This document shows, piece after piece, positions 9,982-24,800 of a stretch of DNA of 64,000 nt. The notes beneath the pieces were generated by a model that worked only from the letters and a program-made list of their open reading frames with translations, did no database searches and had not been told where the DNA came from. Source of the DNA: Eledone cirrhosa (lineage: Eukaryota); NCBI GenBank assembly GCA_964016885.1, contig CAXHJY010000763.1:1-64000 (forward strand), read 5' to 3'. How positions within the stretch are numbered: the first letter of the stretch is position 1; each line of letters opens with the position of its first letter. The position numbers and the translations under genes were made by a program.

Positions 9982-12900
9982 TCACGCCACCCATAGCCAA
10001 TGAGTGTCTGCACATGTACCAGTAATTACAGATCGATCCGACCACAGGCGGCCGGCCCACGATCGAAAAGGTAACTCCGCCGGCAAATTCGCATTTTTGT
10101 GATTCGTTTCTTCGAAGCACACCATTTGCTGGTGGACTTCAGCTTCCGCATTTAGCATGGGCAGCTTTTCTGGAAAATCACACCACACACAGTCAATGAG
10201 TGTCTGCACATGTACCAGTAATTACAGATCGATCCGACCACGGGCGGCCGGCCCACGATCGAAAAGGTAACTCCGCCGGCAAATTCGCATTTTTGTGATT
10301 CGTTTCTTCGAAGCACACCATTCGCTGGTGGACTTCAGCTTCCGCATTTAGCATGGGCAACTTTTCTTGAAAATCACACCACACACAGGCAATGAGTGTC
10401 TGCACATATACCAGTAATTACAAATCGATCCGACCACGGGCGGCCGGCCACGATCGAAAAGGTAACTCCGCCGGCAAATTCGCATTTTTGTGATTCGTTT
10501 CTTCGAAGCACACCATTCGCTGATGGACTTCAGCTTCCGCATTTAGCATGGGCAGCTTTTCTTGAACATCACACCACACACAGCCAATGAGTGTCTGCAC
10601 ATATAGCAGTAATTACAGATCGATCCGACCACGGGCGGCCGGCCCACGATCGAAAAGGTAACTCCGCCGGCAAATTCGCATTTTTGTGATTCGTTTCTTC
10701 GAAGCACACCATTCGCTGGTGGACTTGAGCTTCCGCATTTAGCATGGGCAGCTTTTCTTGAAAATCACACCACACACAGCAAATGTGTGTCTGCACATGG
10801 ACCAGTAATTACAGATCGATCCGACCATAGGCGGCCGGCCCACGATCGAAAAGGTAACTCCGCCGGCAAATTCGCATTTTTGTGATTCGTTTCTTCGAAG
10901 CACACCATTCGCTGGTGGACTTCAGCTTCCGCATTTAGCATGGGCAACTTTTCTTGAAAATCACACCACACACAGGCAATGAGTGTCTGCACATGTACCA
11001 GTAATTACAAATCGATCCGACCACGGGCGGCCGGCCAGGATCGAAAAGGTAACTCCGCCGGCAAATTCGCATTTTTGTGATTCGTTTCTTCGAAGCACAC
11101 CATTCGCTGGTGGACTTCAGCTTCCTCATTTAGCATGGGCAGCTTTTCTTGAACATCACACCACACACAGCCAATGAGTGTCTGCACATATACCAGTAAT
11201 TACAGATCGATCCGACCACGGGCGGCCAGCCCACGATCGAAAAGGTAACTCCGCCGGCAAATTCGCATTTTTGTGATTCGTTTCTTCGAAGCACACCATT
11301 CGCTGGTGGACTTCAGCTTCCGCATTTAGCATGGGCAACTTTTCTTGAAAATCACACCACACACAGGCAATGAGTGTCTGCACATGGACCAGTAATTACA
11401 GATCGATCCGACCAAAGGCGGCCGGCCCACGATCGAAAAGGTAACTCCGCCGGTAAATAGTCATTTTTGTGATTCGTTTTCTTCGAAGCACACCATTCGC
11501 CGCCGGACTTCAGCTTCCTCATTTAGCATGGGCAGTTTTTCTTGAAAATCACACCACACACAGCAAATCTGTGTCTGCACATATGCCAGTAATTACAGAT
11601 CGATCCGACCACAGGCGGCCGGCCCACGATCGAAAAGGTAACTCCGCCGGTAAATAGGCATTTTTGTGATTCGTTTCTTCGAAGCACACCATTAACTGGT
11701 GGACTTCAGCTTCCGCATTTAGCATGGGCAGCTTTTCTTGAAAATCACAACACACACAGCCAATGAGTGTCTGCACATATACCAGTAATTACAGATCGAT
11801 CCGCCCACGGGCGGCCGGCCCACGATCGAAAAGGTAACTCCGCCGGCAAATTCGCATTTTTGTGATTCGTTTCTTCGAAGCACACCATTCGCTGGTGGAC
11901 TTCAGCTTCCGCATTTAGCATGGGCAGCTTTTCTTGAAAATCACACCACACACAGCAAATGTGTGTTTGCACATGGACCAGTAATTACAGATCGATCCGA
12001 CCATAGGCGGCCGGCCCACGATCGAAAAGGTAACTCCGCCGGCAAATTCGCATTTTTGTGATTCGTTTCTTCGAAGCACACCATTCGCTGGTGGACTTCA
12101 GCTTCCGCATTTAGCATGGGCAGCTTTTCTTGAAAATCACACCACACACAGCAAATTTGTGTTTGCACATGGACCAGTAATTACAGATCGATCCGACCAT
12201 AGGCGGCCGGCCCACGATCGAAAAGGTAACTCCGCCGGCAAATTCGCATTTTTGTGATTCGTTTCTTCGAAGCACACCATTCGCTGGTGGACTTCAGCTT
12301 CCGCATTTAGCATGGGCAACTTTTCTTCAAAATCACACCACACACAGGCAATGAGTGTCTGCACATGTACCAGTAATTACAAATCGATCCGACCACGGGC
12401 GGCCGGCCACGATCGAAAAGGTAACTCCGCCGGCAAATTCGCATTTTTGTGATTCGTTTCTTCGAAGCACACCATTCGCTGGTGGACTTCAGCTTCCTCA
12501 TTTAGCATGGGCAGCTTTTCTTGAACATCACACCACACACAGCCAATGAGTGTCTGCACATATACCAGTAATTACAGATCGATCCGACCACGGGCGGCCG
12601 GCCCACGATCGAAAAGGTAACTCCGCCGGCAAATTCGCATTTTTGTGATTCGTTTCTTCGAAGCACACCATTCGCTGGTGGACTTCAGCTTCCGCATTTA
12701 GCATGGGCAACTTTTCTTGAAAATCACACCACACACAGGCAATGAGTGTCTGCACATGTACCAGTAATTACAAATCGATCCGACCACGGGCGGCCGGCCA
12801 CGATCGAAAAGGTAACTCCGCCGGCAAATTCGCATTTTTGTGATTCGTTTCTTCGAAGCACACCATTCGCTGGTGGAATTCAGCTTCCTCATTTAGCATG

Positions 12901-15900
12901 GGCAGCTTTTCTTGAAAATCACACCATACACAGCCAATGAGTGTATGCACATATACCAATAATTACAGATCGATCCGACCACGGGCGGCCGGCCCACGAT
13001 CGAAAAGGTAACTCCGCCGGCAAATTCGCATTTTTGTGATTCGTTTCTTCGAAGCACACCATTCGCTGGTGGACTTCAGCTTCCGCATTTAGCATGGGCA
13101 GCTTTTCTTGAACATCACACCACACACAGCCAATGAGTGTCTCCACATATACCAGTAATTACAGATCGATCCGACCACGGGCGGCCGGCCCACGATCGAA
13201 AAGGTAACTCCGCCGGCAAATTCGCATTTTTGTGATTCGTTTCTTCGAAGCACACCATTCGCTGGTAGACTTCAGCTTCCGCATTTAGCATGGGCAGCGT
13301 TTCTTGAAAATCACACCACACACAGTCAATGAGTGTCTGCACATATACCAGTAATTACAGATCGATCCGACCAGAGGCGGCCGGCCCACGATCGAAAAGG
13401 TAACTCCGCCGGTAAATAGTCATTTTTGTGATTCGTTTTCTTCGAAGCACACCATTCGCCACCGGACTTCAGCTTCCTCATTTAGCATGGGCAGTTTTTC
13501 TTGAACATCACACCACACACAGCCAATGAGTGTCTGCACATATACCAGTAATTACAGATCGATCCGACCACGGGCGGCCGGCCCACGATCGAAAAGGTAA
13601 CTCCGCCGGCAAATTCGCATTTTTGTGATTCGTTTCTTCGAAGCACACCATTCGCTGGTGGACTTCAGCTTCCGCATTTAGCATGGGCAGCTTTTCTTGA
13701 AAATCACACCACACACAGCAAATGTGTGTCTGCACATGGACCAGTAATTACAGATCGATCCGACCATAGGCGGCCGGCCCACGATCGAAAAGGTAACTCC
13801 GCCGGCAAATTCGCATTTTTGTGATTCGTTTCTTCGAAGCACACCATTCGCTGGTGGACTTCAGCTTCCGCATTTAGCATGGGCAGCTTTTCTTGAAAAT
13901 CACACCACACACAGCAAATTTGTGTTTGCACATGGACCAGTAATTACAGATCGATCCGACCATAGGCGGCCGGCCCACGATCGAAAAGGTAACTCCGCCG
14001 GCAAATTCGCATTTTTGTGATTCGTTTCTTCGAAGCACACCATTCGCTGGTGGACTTCAGCTTCCGCATTTAGCATGGGCAACTTTTCTTGAAAATCACA
14101 CCACACACAGGCAATGAGTGTCTGCACATGTACCAGTAATTACAAATCGATCCGACCACGGGCGGCCGGCCACGATCGAAAAGGTAACTCCGCCGGCAAA
14201 TTCGCATTTTTGTGATTCGTTTCTTCGAAGCACACCATTCGCTGGTGGACTTCAGCTTCCTCATTTAGCATGGGCAGCTTTTCTTGAACATCACACCACA
14301 CACAGCCAATGAGTGTCTGCACATATACCAGTAATTACAGATCGATCCGACCACGGGCGGCCGGCCCACGATCGAAAAGGTAACTCCGCCGGCAAATTCG
14401 CATTTTTGTGATTCGTTTCTTCGAAGCACACCATTCGCTGGTGGACTTCAGCTTCCGCATTTAGCATGGGCAGCTTTTCTTGAACATCACACCACACACA
14501 GTCAATGAGTGTCTGCACATATACCACTAATTACAGATCGATCCGACCAGAGGCGGCCGGCCCACGATCGAAAAGGTAACTCCGCCGGTAAATAGTCATT
14601 TTTGTGATTCGTTTTCTTCGAAGCACACCATTCGCCACCGGACTTCAGCTTCCTCATTTAGCATGGGCAGTTTTTCTTGAACATCACACCACACACAGCC
14701 AATGAGTGTCTGCACATATACCAGTAATTACAGATCGATCCGACCACGGGCGGCCGGCCCACGATCGAAAAGGTAACTCCGCCGGCAAATTCGCATTTTT
14801 GTGATTCGTTTCTTCGAAGCACACCATTCGCTGGTGGACTTCAGCTTCCGCATTTAGCATGGGCAGCTTTTCTTGAAAATCACACCACACACAGCAAATG
14901 TGTGTCTGCACATGGACCAGTAATTACAGATCGATCCGACCACGGGCGGCCGGCCCACGATCGAAAAGGTAACTCCGCCGGCAAATTCGCATTTTTGTGA
15001 TTCGTTTCTTCGAAGCACACCATTCGCTGGTGGACTTCAGCTTCCGCATTTAGCATGGGCAGCTTTTCTTGAACATCACACCACACACAGCCAATGAGTG
15101 TCTCCACATATACCAGTAATTACAGATCGATCCGACCACGGGCGGCCGGCCCACGATCGAAAAGGTAACTCCGCCGGCAAATTCGCATTTTTGTGATTCG
15201 TTTCTTCGAAGCACACCATTCGCTGGTGGACTTCAGCTTCCGCATTTAGCATGGGCAACGTTTCGTGAAAATCACACCACACAGAGCAAATGTGTGTCTG
15301 CACATGGACCAGTAATTACAGATCGATCCGACCACAGGCGGCCGGCCCACGATCGAAAAGGTAACTCCGCCGGTAAATAGTCATTTTTGTGATTCGTTTT
15401 CTTCGAAGCACACCATTCGCCGCCGGACTTCAGCTTCCTCATTTAGCATGGGTAGTTTTTCTTGAAAATCACACCACACACCGGCAATGAGTGTCTGCAC
15501 ATGCACCAGTAATTACAAATCGATCCGACCACGGGCGGCCGGCCACGATCGAAAAGGTAACTCCGCCGGCAAATTCGCATTTTTGTGATTCGTTTCTTCG
15601 AAGCACACCATTCGCTGGTGGACTTCAGCTTCCGCATTTAGCATGGGCAACTTTTCTTGAAAATCACACCACACACAGGCAATGAGTGTCTGCACATGTA
15701 CCAGTAATTACAAATCGATCCGACCACGGGCGGCCGGCCACGATCGAAAAGGTAACTCCGCCGGCAAATTCGCATTTTTGTGATTCGTTTCTTCGAAGCA
15801 CACCATTCGCTGGTGGACTTCAGCTTCCTCATTTAGCATGGGCAGCTTTTCTTGAACATCACACCACACACAGCCAATGAGTGTCTGCACATATACCAGT

Positions 15901-16839
15901 AATTACAGATCGATCCGACCACGGGCGGCCGGCCCACGATCGAAAAGGTAACTCCGCCGGCAAATTCGCATTTTTGTGATTCGTTTCTTCGAAGCACACC
16001 ATTCGCTGGTGGACTTCAGCTTCCGCATTTAGCATGGGCAGCTTTTCTTGAACATCACACCACACACAGCCAATGAGTGTCTCCACATATACCAGTAATT
16101 ACAGATCGATCCGACCACGGGCGGCCGGCCCACGATCGAAAAGGTAACTCCGCCGGCAAATTCGCATTTTTGTGATTCGTTTCTTCGAAGCACACCATTC
16201 GCTGGTAGACTTCAGCTTCCGCATTTAGCATGGGCAGCGTTTCTTGAAAATCACACCACACACAGTCAATGAGTGTCTGCACATATACCACTAATTACAG
16301 ATCGATCCGACCAGAGGCGGCCGGCCCACGATCGAAAAGGTAACTCCGCCGGTAAATAGTCATTTTTGTGATTCGTTTTCTTCGAAGCACACCATTCGCC
16401 ACCGGACTTCAGCTTCCTCATTTAGCATGGGCAGTTTTTCTTGAACATCACACCACACACAGCCAATGAGTGTCTGCACATATACCAGTAATTACAGATC
16501 GATCCGACCACGGGCGGCCGGCCCACGATCGAAAAGGTAACTCCGCCGGCAAATTCGCATTTTTGTGATTCGTTTCTTCGAAGCACACCATTCGCTGGTG
16601 GACTTCAGCTTCCGCATTTAGCATGGGCAGCTTTTCTTGAAAATCACACCACACACAGCAAATGTGTGTCTGCACATGGACCAGTAATTACAGATCGATC
16701 CGACCATAGGCGGCCGGCCCACGATCGAAAAGGTAACTCCGCCGGCAAATTCGCATTTTTGTGATTCGTTTCTTCGAAGCACACCATTCGCTGGTGGACT
16801 TCAGCTTCCGCATTTAGCATGGGCAGCTTTTCTTGAAAA

Positions 16840-19800
16840 TCACACCACACACAGCAAATTTGTGTTTGCACATGGACCAGTAATTACAGATCGATCCGAC
16901 CATAGGCGGCCGGCCCACGATCGAAAAGGTAACTCCGCCGGCAAATTCGCATTTTTGTGATTCGTTTCTTCGAAGCACACCATTCGCTGGTGGACTTCAG
17001 CTTCCGCATTTAGCATGGGCAACTTTTCTTGAACATCACACCACACACAGGCAATGAGTGTCTGCACATGTACCAGTAATTACAAATCGATCCGACCACG
17101 GGCGGCCGGCCACGATCGAAAAGGTAACTCCGCCGGCAAATTCGCATTTTTGTGATTCGTTTCTTCGAAGCACACCATTCGCTGGTGGACTTCAGCCTCC
17201 TCATTTAGCATGGGCAGCTTTTCTTGAACATCACACCACACACAGCCAATGAGTGTCTGCACATATACCAGTAATTACAGATCGATCCGACCACGGGCGG
17301 CCGGCCCACGATCGAAAAGGTAACTCCGCCGGCAAATTCGCATTTTTGTGATTCGTTTCTTCGAAGCACACCATTCGCTGGTGGACTTCAGCTTCCGCAT
17401 TTAGCATGGGCAGCTTTTCTTGAACATCACACCACACACAGCCAATGAGTGTCTCCACATATACCAGTAATTACAGATCGATCCGACCACGGGCGGCCGG
17501 CCCACGATCGAAAAGGTAACTCCGCCGGCAAATTCGAATTTTTGTGATTCGTTTCTTCGAAGCACACCATTCGCTGGTAGACTTCAGCTTCCGCATTTAG
17601 CATGGGCAGCGTTTCTTGAAAATCACACCACACACAGTCAATGAGTGTCTGCACATATACCACTAATTACAGATCGATCCGACCACAGGCGGCCGGCCCA
17701 CGATCGAAAAGGTAACTCCGCCGGTAAATAGTCATTTTTGTGATTCGTTTTCTTCGAAGCACACCATTCGCCGCCGGACTTCAGCTTCCTCATTTAGCAT
17801 GGGCAGTTTTTCTTGAACATCACACCACACACAGCCAATGAGTGTCTGCACATATACCAGTAATTACAGATCGATCCGACCACGGGCGGCCGGCCCACGA
17901 TCGAAAAGGTAACTCCGCCGGCAAATTCGCATTTTTGTGATTCGTTTCTTCGAAGCACACCATTCGCTGGTGGACTTCAGCTTCCTCATTTAGCATGGGC
18001 AGCTTTTCTTGAAAATCACACCACACACAGCCAATGAGTGTCTGCACATATACCAGTAATTACAGATCGATCCGACCACAGGCGGCCGGCCCACGATCGA
18101 AAAGGTAACTCCGCCGGCAAATTCGCATTTTTGTGATTCGTTTCTTCGAAGCACACCATTCGTGGGTAGACTTCAGCTTCCGCATTTAGCATGGGCAGCT
18201 TTTCTTGAAAATCACACCACACACAGCAAATGTGTGTCTGCACATGGACCAGTAATTACAGATCGATCCGACCACAGGCGGCCGGCCCACGATCGAAAAG
18301 GTAACTCCGCCGGTAAATAGTCATTTTTGTGATTCGTTTTCTTCGAAGCACACCATTCGCCGCCGGACTTCAGCTTCCTCATTTAGCATGGGTAGTTTTT
18401 CTTGAAAATCACACCACACACCGGCAATGAGTGTCTGCACATGCACCAGTAATTACAAATCGATCCGACCACGGGCGGCCGGCCACGATCGAAAAGGTAA
18501 CTCCGCCGGCAAATTCGCATTTTTGTGATTCGTTTCTTCGAAGCACACCATTCGCTGGTGGACTTCAGCTTCCTCATTTAGCATGGGCAGTTTTTCTTGA
18601 ACATCACACCACACACAGCCAATGAGTGTCTGCACATATACCAGTAATTACAGATCGATCCGACCACGGGCGGCCGGCCCACGATCGGAAAGGTAACTCC
18701 GCCGGCAAATTCGCATTTTTGTGATTCGTTTCTTCGAAGCACACCATTCGCTGGTAGACTTCAGCTTCCGCATTTAGCATGGGCAGCGTTTCTTGAAAAT
18801 CACACCACACACAGTCAATGAGTGTCTGCACATATACCAGTAATTACAGATCGATCCGACCACAGGCGGCCGGCCCACGATCGAAAAGGTAACTCCGCCG
18901 GCAAATTCGCATTTTTGTGATTCGTTTCTTCGAAGCACACCATTCGCTGGTGGACTTCAGCTTCCGCATTTAGCATGGGCAGCTTTTCTTGAAAATCACA
19001 CCACACACAGCAAATTTGTGTTTGCACATGGACCAGTAATTACAGATCGATCCGACCATAGGCGGCCGGCCCACGATCGAAAAGGTAACTCCGCCGGCAA
19101 ATTCGCATTTTTGTGATTCGTTTCTTCGAAGCACACCATTCGCTGGTGGACTTCAGCTTCCGCATTTAGCATGGGCAACTTTTCTTGAAAATCACACCAC
19201 ACACAGGCAATGAGTGTCTGCACATGTACCAGTAATTACAAATCGATCCGACCACGGGCGGCCGGCCACGATCGAAAAGGTAACTCCGCCGGCAAATTCG
19301 CATTTTTGTGATTCGTTTCTTCGAAGCACACCATTCGCTGGTGGACTTCAGCCTCCTCATTTAGCATGGGCAGCTTTTCTTGAACATCACACCACACACA
19401 GCCAATGAGTGTCTGCACATATACCAGTAATTACAGATCGATCCGACCACGGGCGGCCGGCCCACGATCGAAAAGGTAACTCCGCCGGCAAATTCGCATT
19501 TTTGTGATTCGTTTCTTCGAAGCACACCATTCGCTGGTGGACTTCAGCTTCCGCATTTAGCATGGGCAGCTTTTCTTGAACATCACACCACACACAGCCA
19601 ATGAGTGTCTCCACATATACCAGTAATTACAGATCGATCCGACCACGGGCGGCCGGCCCACGATCGAAAAGGTAACTCCGCCGGCAAATTCGAATTTTTG
19701 TGATTCGTTTCTTCGAAGCACACCATTCGCTGGTAGACTTCAGCTTCCGCATTTAGCATGGGCAGCGTTTCTTGAAAATCACACCACACACAGTCAATGA

Positions 19801-21140
19801 GTGTCTGCACATATACCACTAATTACAGATCGATCCGACCACAGGCGGCCGGCCCACGATCGAAAAGGTAACTCCGCCGGTAAATAGTCATTTTTGTGAT
19901 TCGTTTTCTTCGAAGCACACCATTCGCCGCCGGACTTCAGCTTCCTCATTTAGCATGGGCAGTTTTTCTTGAACATCACACCACACACAGCCAATGAGTG
20001 TCTGCACATATACCAGTAATTACAGATCGATCCGACCACGGGCGGCCGGCCCACGATCGAAAAGGTAACTCCGCCGGCAAATTCGCATTTTTGTGATTCG
20101 TTTCTTCGAAGCACACCATTCGCTGGTGGACTTCAGCTTCCTCATTTAGCATGGGCAGCTTTTCTTGAAAATCACACCACACACAGCCAATGAGTGTCTG
20201 CACATATACCAGTAATTACAGATCGATCCGACCACAGGCGGCCGGCCCACGATCGAAAAGGTAACTCCGCCGGCAAATTCGCATTTTTGTGATTCGTTTC
20301 TTCGAAGCACACCATTCGTGGGTAGACTTCAGCTTCCGCATTTAGCATGGGCAGCTTTTCTTGAAAATCACACCACACACAGCAAATGTGTGTCTGCACA
20401 TGGACCAGTAATTACAGATCGATCCGACCACAGGCGGCCGGCCCACGATCGAAAAGGTAACTCCGCCGGTAAATAGTCATTTTTGTGATTCGTTTTCTTC
20501 GAAGCACACCATTCGCCGCCGGACTTCAGCTTCCTCATTTAGCATGGGTAGTTTTTCTTGAAAATCACACCACACACCGGCAATGAGTGTCTGCACATGC
20601 ACCAGTAATTACAAATCGATCCGACCACGGGCGGCCGGCCACGATCGAAAAGGTAACTCCGCCGGCAAATTCGCATTTTTGTGATTCGTTTCTTCGAAGC
20701 ACACCATTCGCTGGTGGACTTCAGCTTCCTCATTTAGCATGGGCAGTTTTTCTTGAACATCACACCACACACAGCCAATGAGTGTCTGCACATATACCAG
20801 TAATTACAGATCGATCCGACCACGGGCGGCCGGCCCACGATCGGAAAGGTAACTCCGCCGGCAAATTCGCATTTTTGTGATTCGTTTCTTCGAAGCACAC
20901 CATTCGCTGGTAGACTTCAGCTTCCGCATTTAGCATGGGCAGCGTTTCTTGAAAATCACACCACACACAGTCAATGAGTGTCTGCACATATACCAGTAAT
21001 TACAGATCGATCCGACCACAGGCGGCCGGCCCACGATCGAAAAGGTAACTCCGCCGGCAAATTCGCATTTTTGTGATTCGTTTCTTCGAAGCACACCATT
21101 CGCTGGTGGACTTCAGCTTCCGCATTTAGCATGGGCAGCT
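16840..21140 (+). repeat. 2156-bp (11-monomer) tandem duplication, 2 copies
   Basis: Offsets 17010/19166, 17427/19583, 18016/20172, 18604/20760 are all 2156. The SNP AATTCGAATT occurs only at about 17537 and 19693. Ends approximate. Confidence 0.9.
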
Positions 21141-23892
21141 GTTCTTGAAAATCACACCACACACAGCAAATGTGTGTCTGCACATGGACCAGTAAGTACA
21201 GATCGATCCGACCATAGGCGGCCGGCCCACGATCGAAAAGGTAACTCCGCCGGCAAATTCGCATTTTTGTGATTCGTTTCTTCGAAGCACACCATTCGCT
21301 GGTGGACTTCAGCTTCCGCATTTAGCATGGGCAACTTTTCTTGAAAATCACACCACACACAGGCAATGAGTGTCTGCACATGTACCAGTAATTACAAATC
21401 GATCCGACCACGGGCGGCCGGCCACGATCGAAAAGGTAACTCCGCCGGCAAATTCGCATTTTTGTGATTCGTTTCTTCGAAGCACACCATTCGCTGGTGG
21501 ACTTCAGCTTCCTCATTTAGCATGGGCAGCTTTTCTTGAAAATCACACCACACACAGCCAATGAGTGTCTGCACATATACCAGTAATTACAGATCGATCC
21601 GACCACGGGCGGCCGGCCCACGATCGAAAAGGTAACTCCGCCGGCAAATTCGCATTTTTGTGATTCGTTTCTTCGAAGCACACCATTCGCTGGTGGACTT
21701 CAGCTTCCGCATTTAGCATGGGCAGCTTTTCTTGAAAATCACACCACACACTGCAAATGTGTGTCTGCACATGGACCAGTAATTACAGATCGATCCGACC
21801 ATAGGCGGCCGGCCCACGATCGAAAAGGTAACTCCGCCGGCAAATTCGCATTTTTGTGATTCGTTTCTTCGAAGCACACCATTCGCTGGTGGACTTCAGC
21901 TTCCGCATTTAGCATGGGCAACGTTTCGTGAAAATCACACCACACAGAGCAAATGTGTGTCTGCACATGGACCAGTAATTACAGATCGATTCGACCACAG
22001 GCGGCCGGCCCACGATCGAAAAGGTAACTCCGCCGGCAAATTCGCATTTTTGTGATTCGTTTCTTCGAAGCACACCATTCGCTGGTGGACTTCAGCTTCC
22101 GCATTTAGCATGGGCAACTTTTCTTGAAAATCACACCACACACAGGCAATGAGGGTCTGCACATGTACCAGTAATTACAAATCGATCCGACCACGGGCGG
22201 CCGGCCAGGATCGAAAAGGTAACTCCGCCGGCAAATTCGCATTTTTGTGATTCGTTTCTTCGAAGCACACCATTCGCTGGTGGACTTCAGCTTCCTCATT
22301 TAGCATGGGCAGCTTTTCTTGAACATCACACCACACACAGCCAATGAGTGTCTGCACATATACCAGTAATTACAGATCGATCCGACCACGGGCGGCCAGC
22401 CCACGATCGAAAAGGTAACTCCGCCGGCAAATTCGCATTTTTGTGATTCGTTTCTTCGAAGCACACCATTCGCTGGTGGACTTCAGCTTCCGCATTTAGC
22501 ATGGGCAACTTTTCTTGAAAATCACACCACACACAGCTAATGAGTGTATGCACATATACCAGTAATTACAGATCGATCCGACCACGGGCGGCCGGCCCAC
22601 GATCGAAAAGGTAACTCCGCCGGCAAATTCGCATTTTTGTGATTCGTTTCTTCGAAGCACACCATTCGCTGGTGGACTTCAGCTTCCGCATTTAGCATGG
22701 GCAGCTTTTCTTGAAAATCACACCACACACAGCAGATGTGTGTCTGCACATGGACCAGTAATTACAGATCGATCCGACCATAGGCGGCCGGCCCACGATC
22801 GAAAAGGTAACTCCGCCGGCAAATTCGCATTTTTGTGATTCGTTTCTTCGAAGCACACCATTCGCTGGTGGACTTCAGCTTCCGCATTTAGCATGGGCAG
22901 CTTTTCTTGAAAATCACACCACACACAGCAAATTTGTGTTTGCATATGGACCAGTAATTACAGATCGATCCGACCATAGGCGGCCGGCCCACGATCGAAA
23001 AGGTAACTCCGCCGGCAAATTCGCATTTTTGTGATTCGTTTCTTCGAAGCACACCATTCGCTGGTGGACTTCAGCTTCCGCATTTAGCATGGGCAACTTT
23101 TCTTGAACATCACACCACACACAGCCAATGAGTGTCTGCACATATACCAGTAATTACAGATCGATCCGACCACGGGCGGCCGGCCCACGATCGAAAAGGT
23201 AACTCCGCCGGCAAATTCGCATTTTTGTGATTCGTTTCTTCGAAGCACACCATTCGCTGGTGGACTTCAGCTTCCGCATTTAGCATGGGCAACTTTTCTT
23301 GAAAATCACACCACACACAGGCAATGAGTGTCTGCACATGTACCAGTAATTACAAATCGATCCGACCACGGGCGGCCGGCCACGATCGAAAAGGTAACTC
23401 CGCCGGCAAATTCGCATTTTTGTGATTCGTTTCTTCGAAGCACACCATTCGCTGGTGGAATTCAGCTTCCTCATTTAGCATGGGCAGCTTTTCTTGAAAA
23501 TCACACCATACACAGGCAATGAGTGTATGCACATATACCAGTAATTACAGATCGATCCGACCACGGGCGGCCGGCCCACGATCGAAAAGGTAACTCCGCC
23601 GGCAAATTCGCATTTTTGTGATTCGTTTCTTCGAAGCACACCATTCGCTGGTGGACTTCAGCTTCCGCATTTAGCATGGGCAGCTTTTCTTGAACATCAC
23701 ACCACACACAGCCAATGAGTGTCTCCACATATACCAGTAATTACAGATCGATCCGACCACGGGCGGCCGGCCCACGATCGAAAAGGTAACTCCGCCGGCA
23801 AATTCGCATTTTTTTGATTCGTTTCTTCGAAGCACACTATTCGCTGGTAGACTTCAGCTTCCGCATTTAGCATGGGCAGCGTTTCTTGAAAA

Positions 23893-24800
23893 TCACACCA
23901 CACACAGTCAATGAGTGTCTGCACATATACCAGTAATTACAGATCGATCCGACCAGAGGCGGCCGGCCCACGATCTAAAAGGTAACTCCGCCGGCAAATC
24001 GTCATTTTTGGATTCGTTTTCTTCGAAGCACACCATTCGCCGGCGGACTTTGTTGACGTTTAACACGGTTTGGTTCCACAGCCACAACTATTGATTTTAC
24101 GGATATATCTTGGTGAAATTCACGCCGCACATAGCCAATGAGTGTCTGCACATGTACCAGTAATTACAGATCGATCCGACCACGGGCGGCCGGCCCGCGA
24201 TTGAAAAGGTAACTCCGCCGGCAAATCGTCATTTTTGGATTCGTTTTCTTCGAAGCACACCATTCGCCGGCGGACTTTGTTGACGTTTAACACGGTTTGG
24301 TTCCACAGCCACAACTATTGATTTTACGGAGATATCTTGCTGAAATTCACGCCACACATAGCCAATGAGTGTCTGCACATGTACCAGTAATTACAGATCG
24401 ATCCGACCACGGGCGGCCGGCCCGCGATTGAAAAGGTAACTCCGCCGGCAAATCGTCATATTTGGATTCGTTTTCTTCGAAGCACACCATTCGCCGGCGG
24501 ACTTTGTTGACGTTTAACACGGTTTGGTTCCACAGCCACAACTATTGATGTTACGGAGATATCTTGCTGAAATTCACGCCGCACATAGCCAATGAGTGTC
24601 TGCACATGTACCAGTAATTACAGATCGATCCGACCACGGGCGGCCGGCCCGCGATTGAAAAGGTAACTCCGCCGGCAAATCGTCATTTTTGGATTCGTTT
24701 TCTTCGAAGCACACCATTCGCCGGCGGACTTTGTTGACGTTTAACACGGTTTGGTTCCACAGCCACAACTATTGAATTTACGGAGATATCTTGCTGAAAC
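23893..24800 (+). repeat. 227-bp monomer block 4 (4 copies)
   Basis: Starts at 23893, 24120, 24347, 24574; 4 x 227 = 908 bp. Last type B sequence in the window. Confidence 0.97.

Larger units (their letters stand above)
1..11380 (+). repeat. 4692-bp HOR (17 type A + 6 type B monomers), about 2.4 copies in window
   Basis: Identical ORF translations at 144/4836/9528, 2165/6857, 3536/8228, 5877/10569. 4692 = 6x227 + 17x196 - 2. The pattern breaks at about 11385. Confidence 0.93.
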
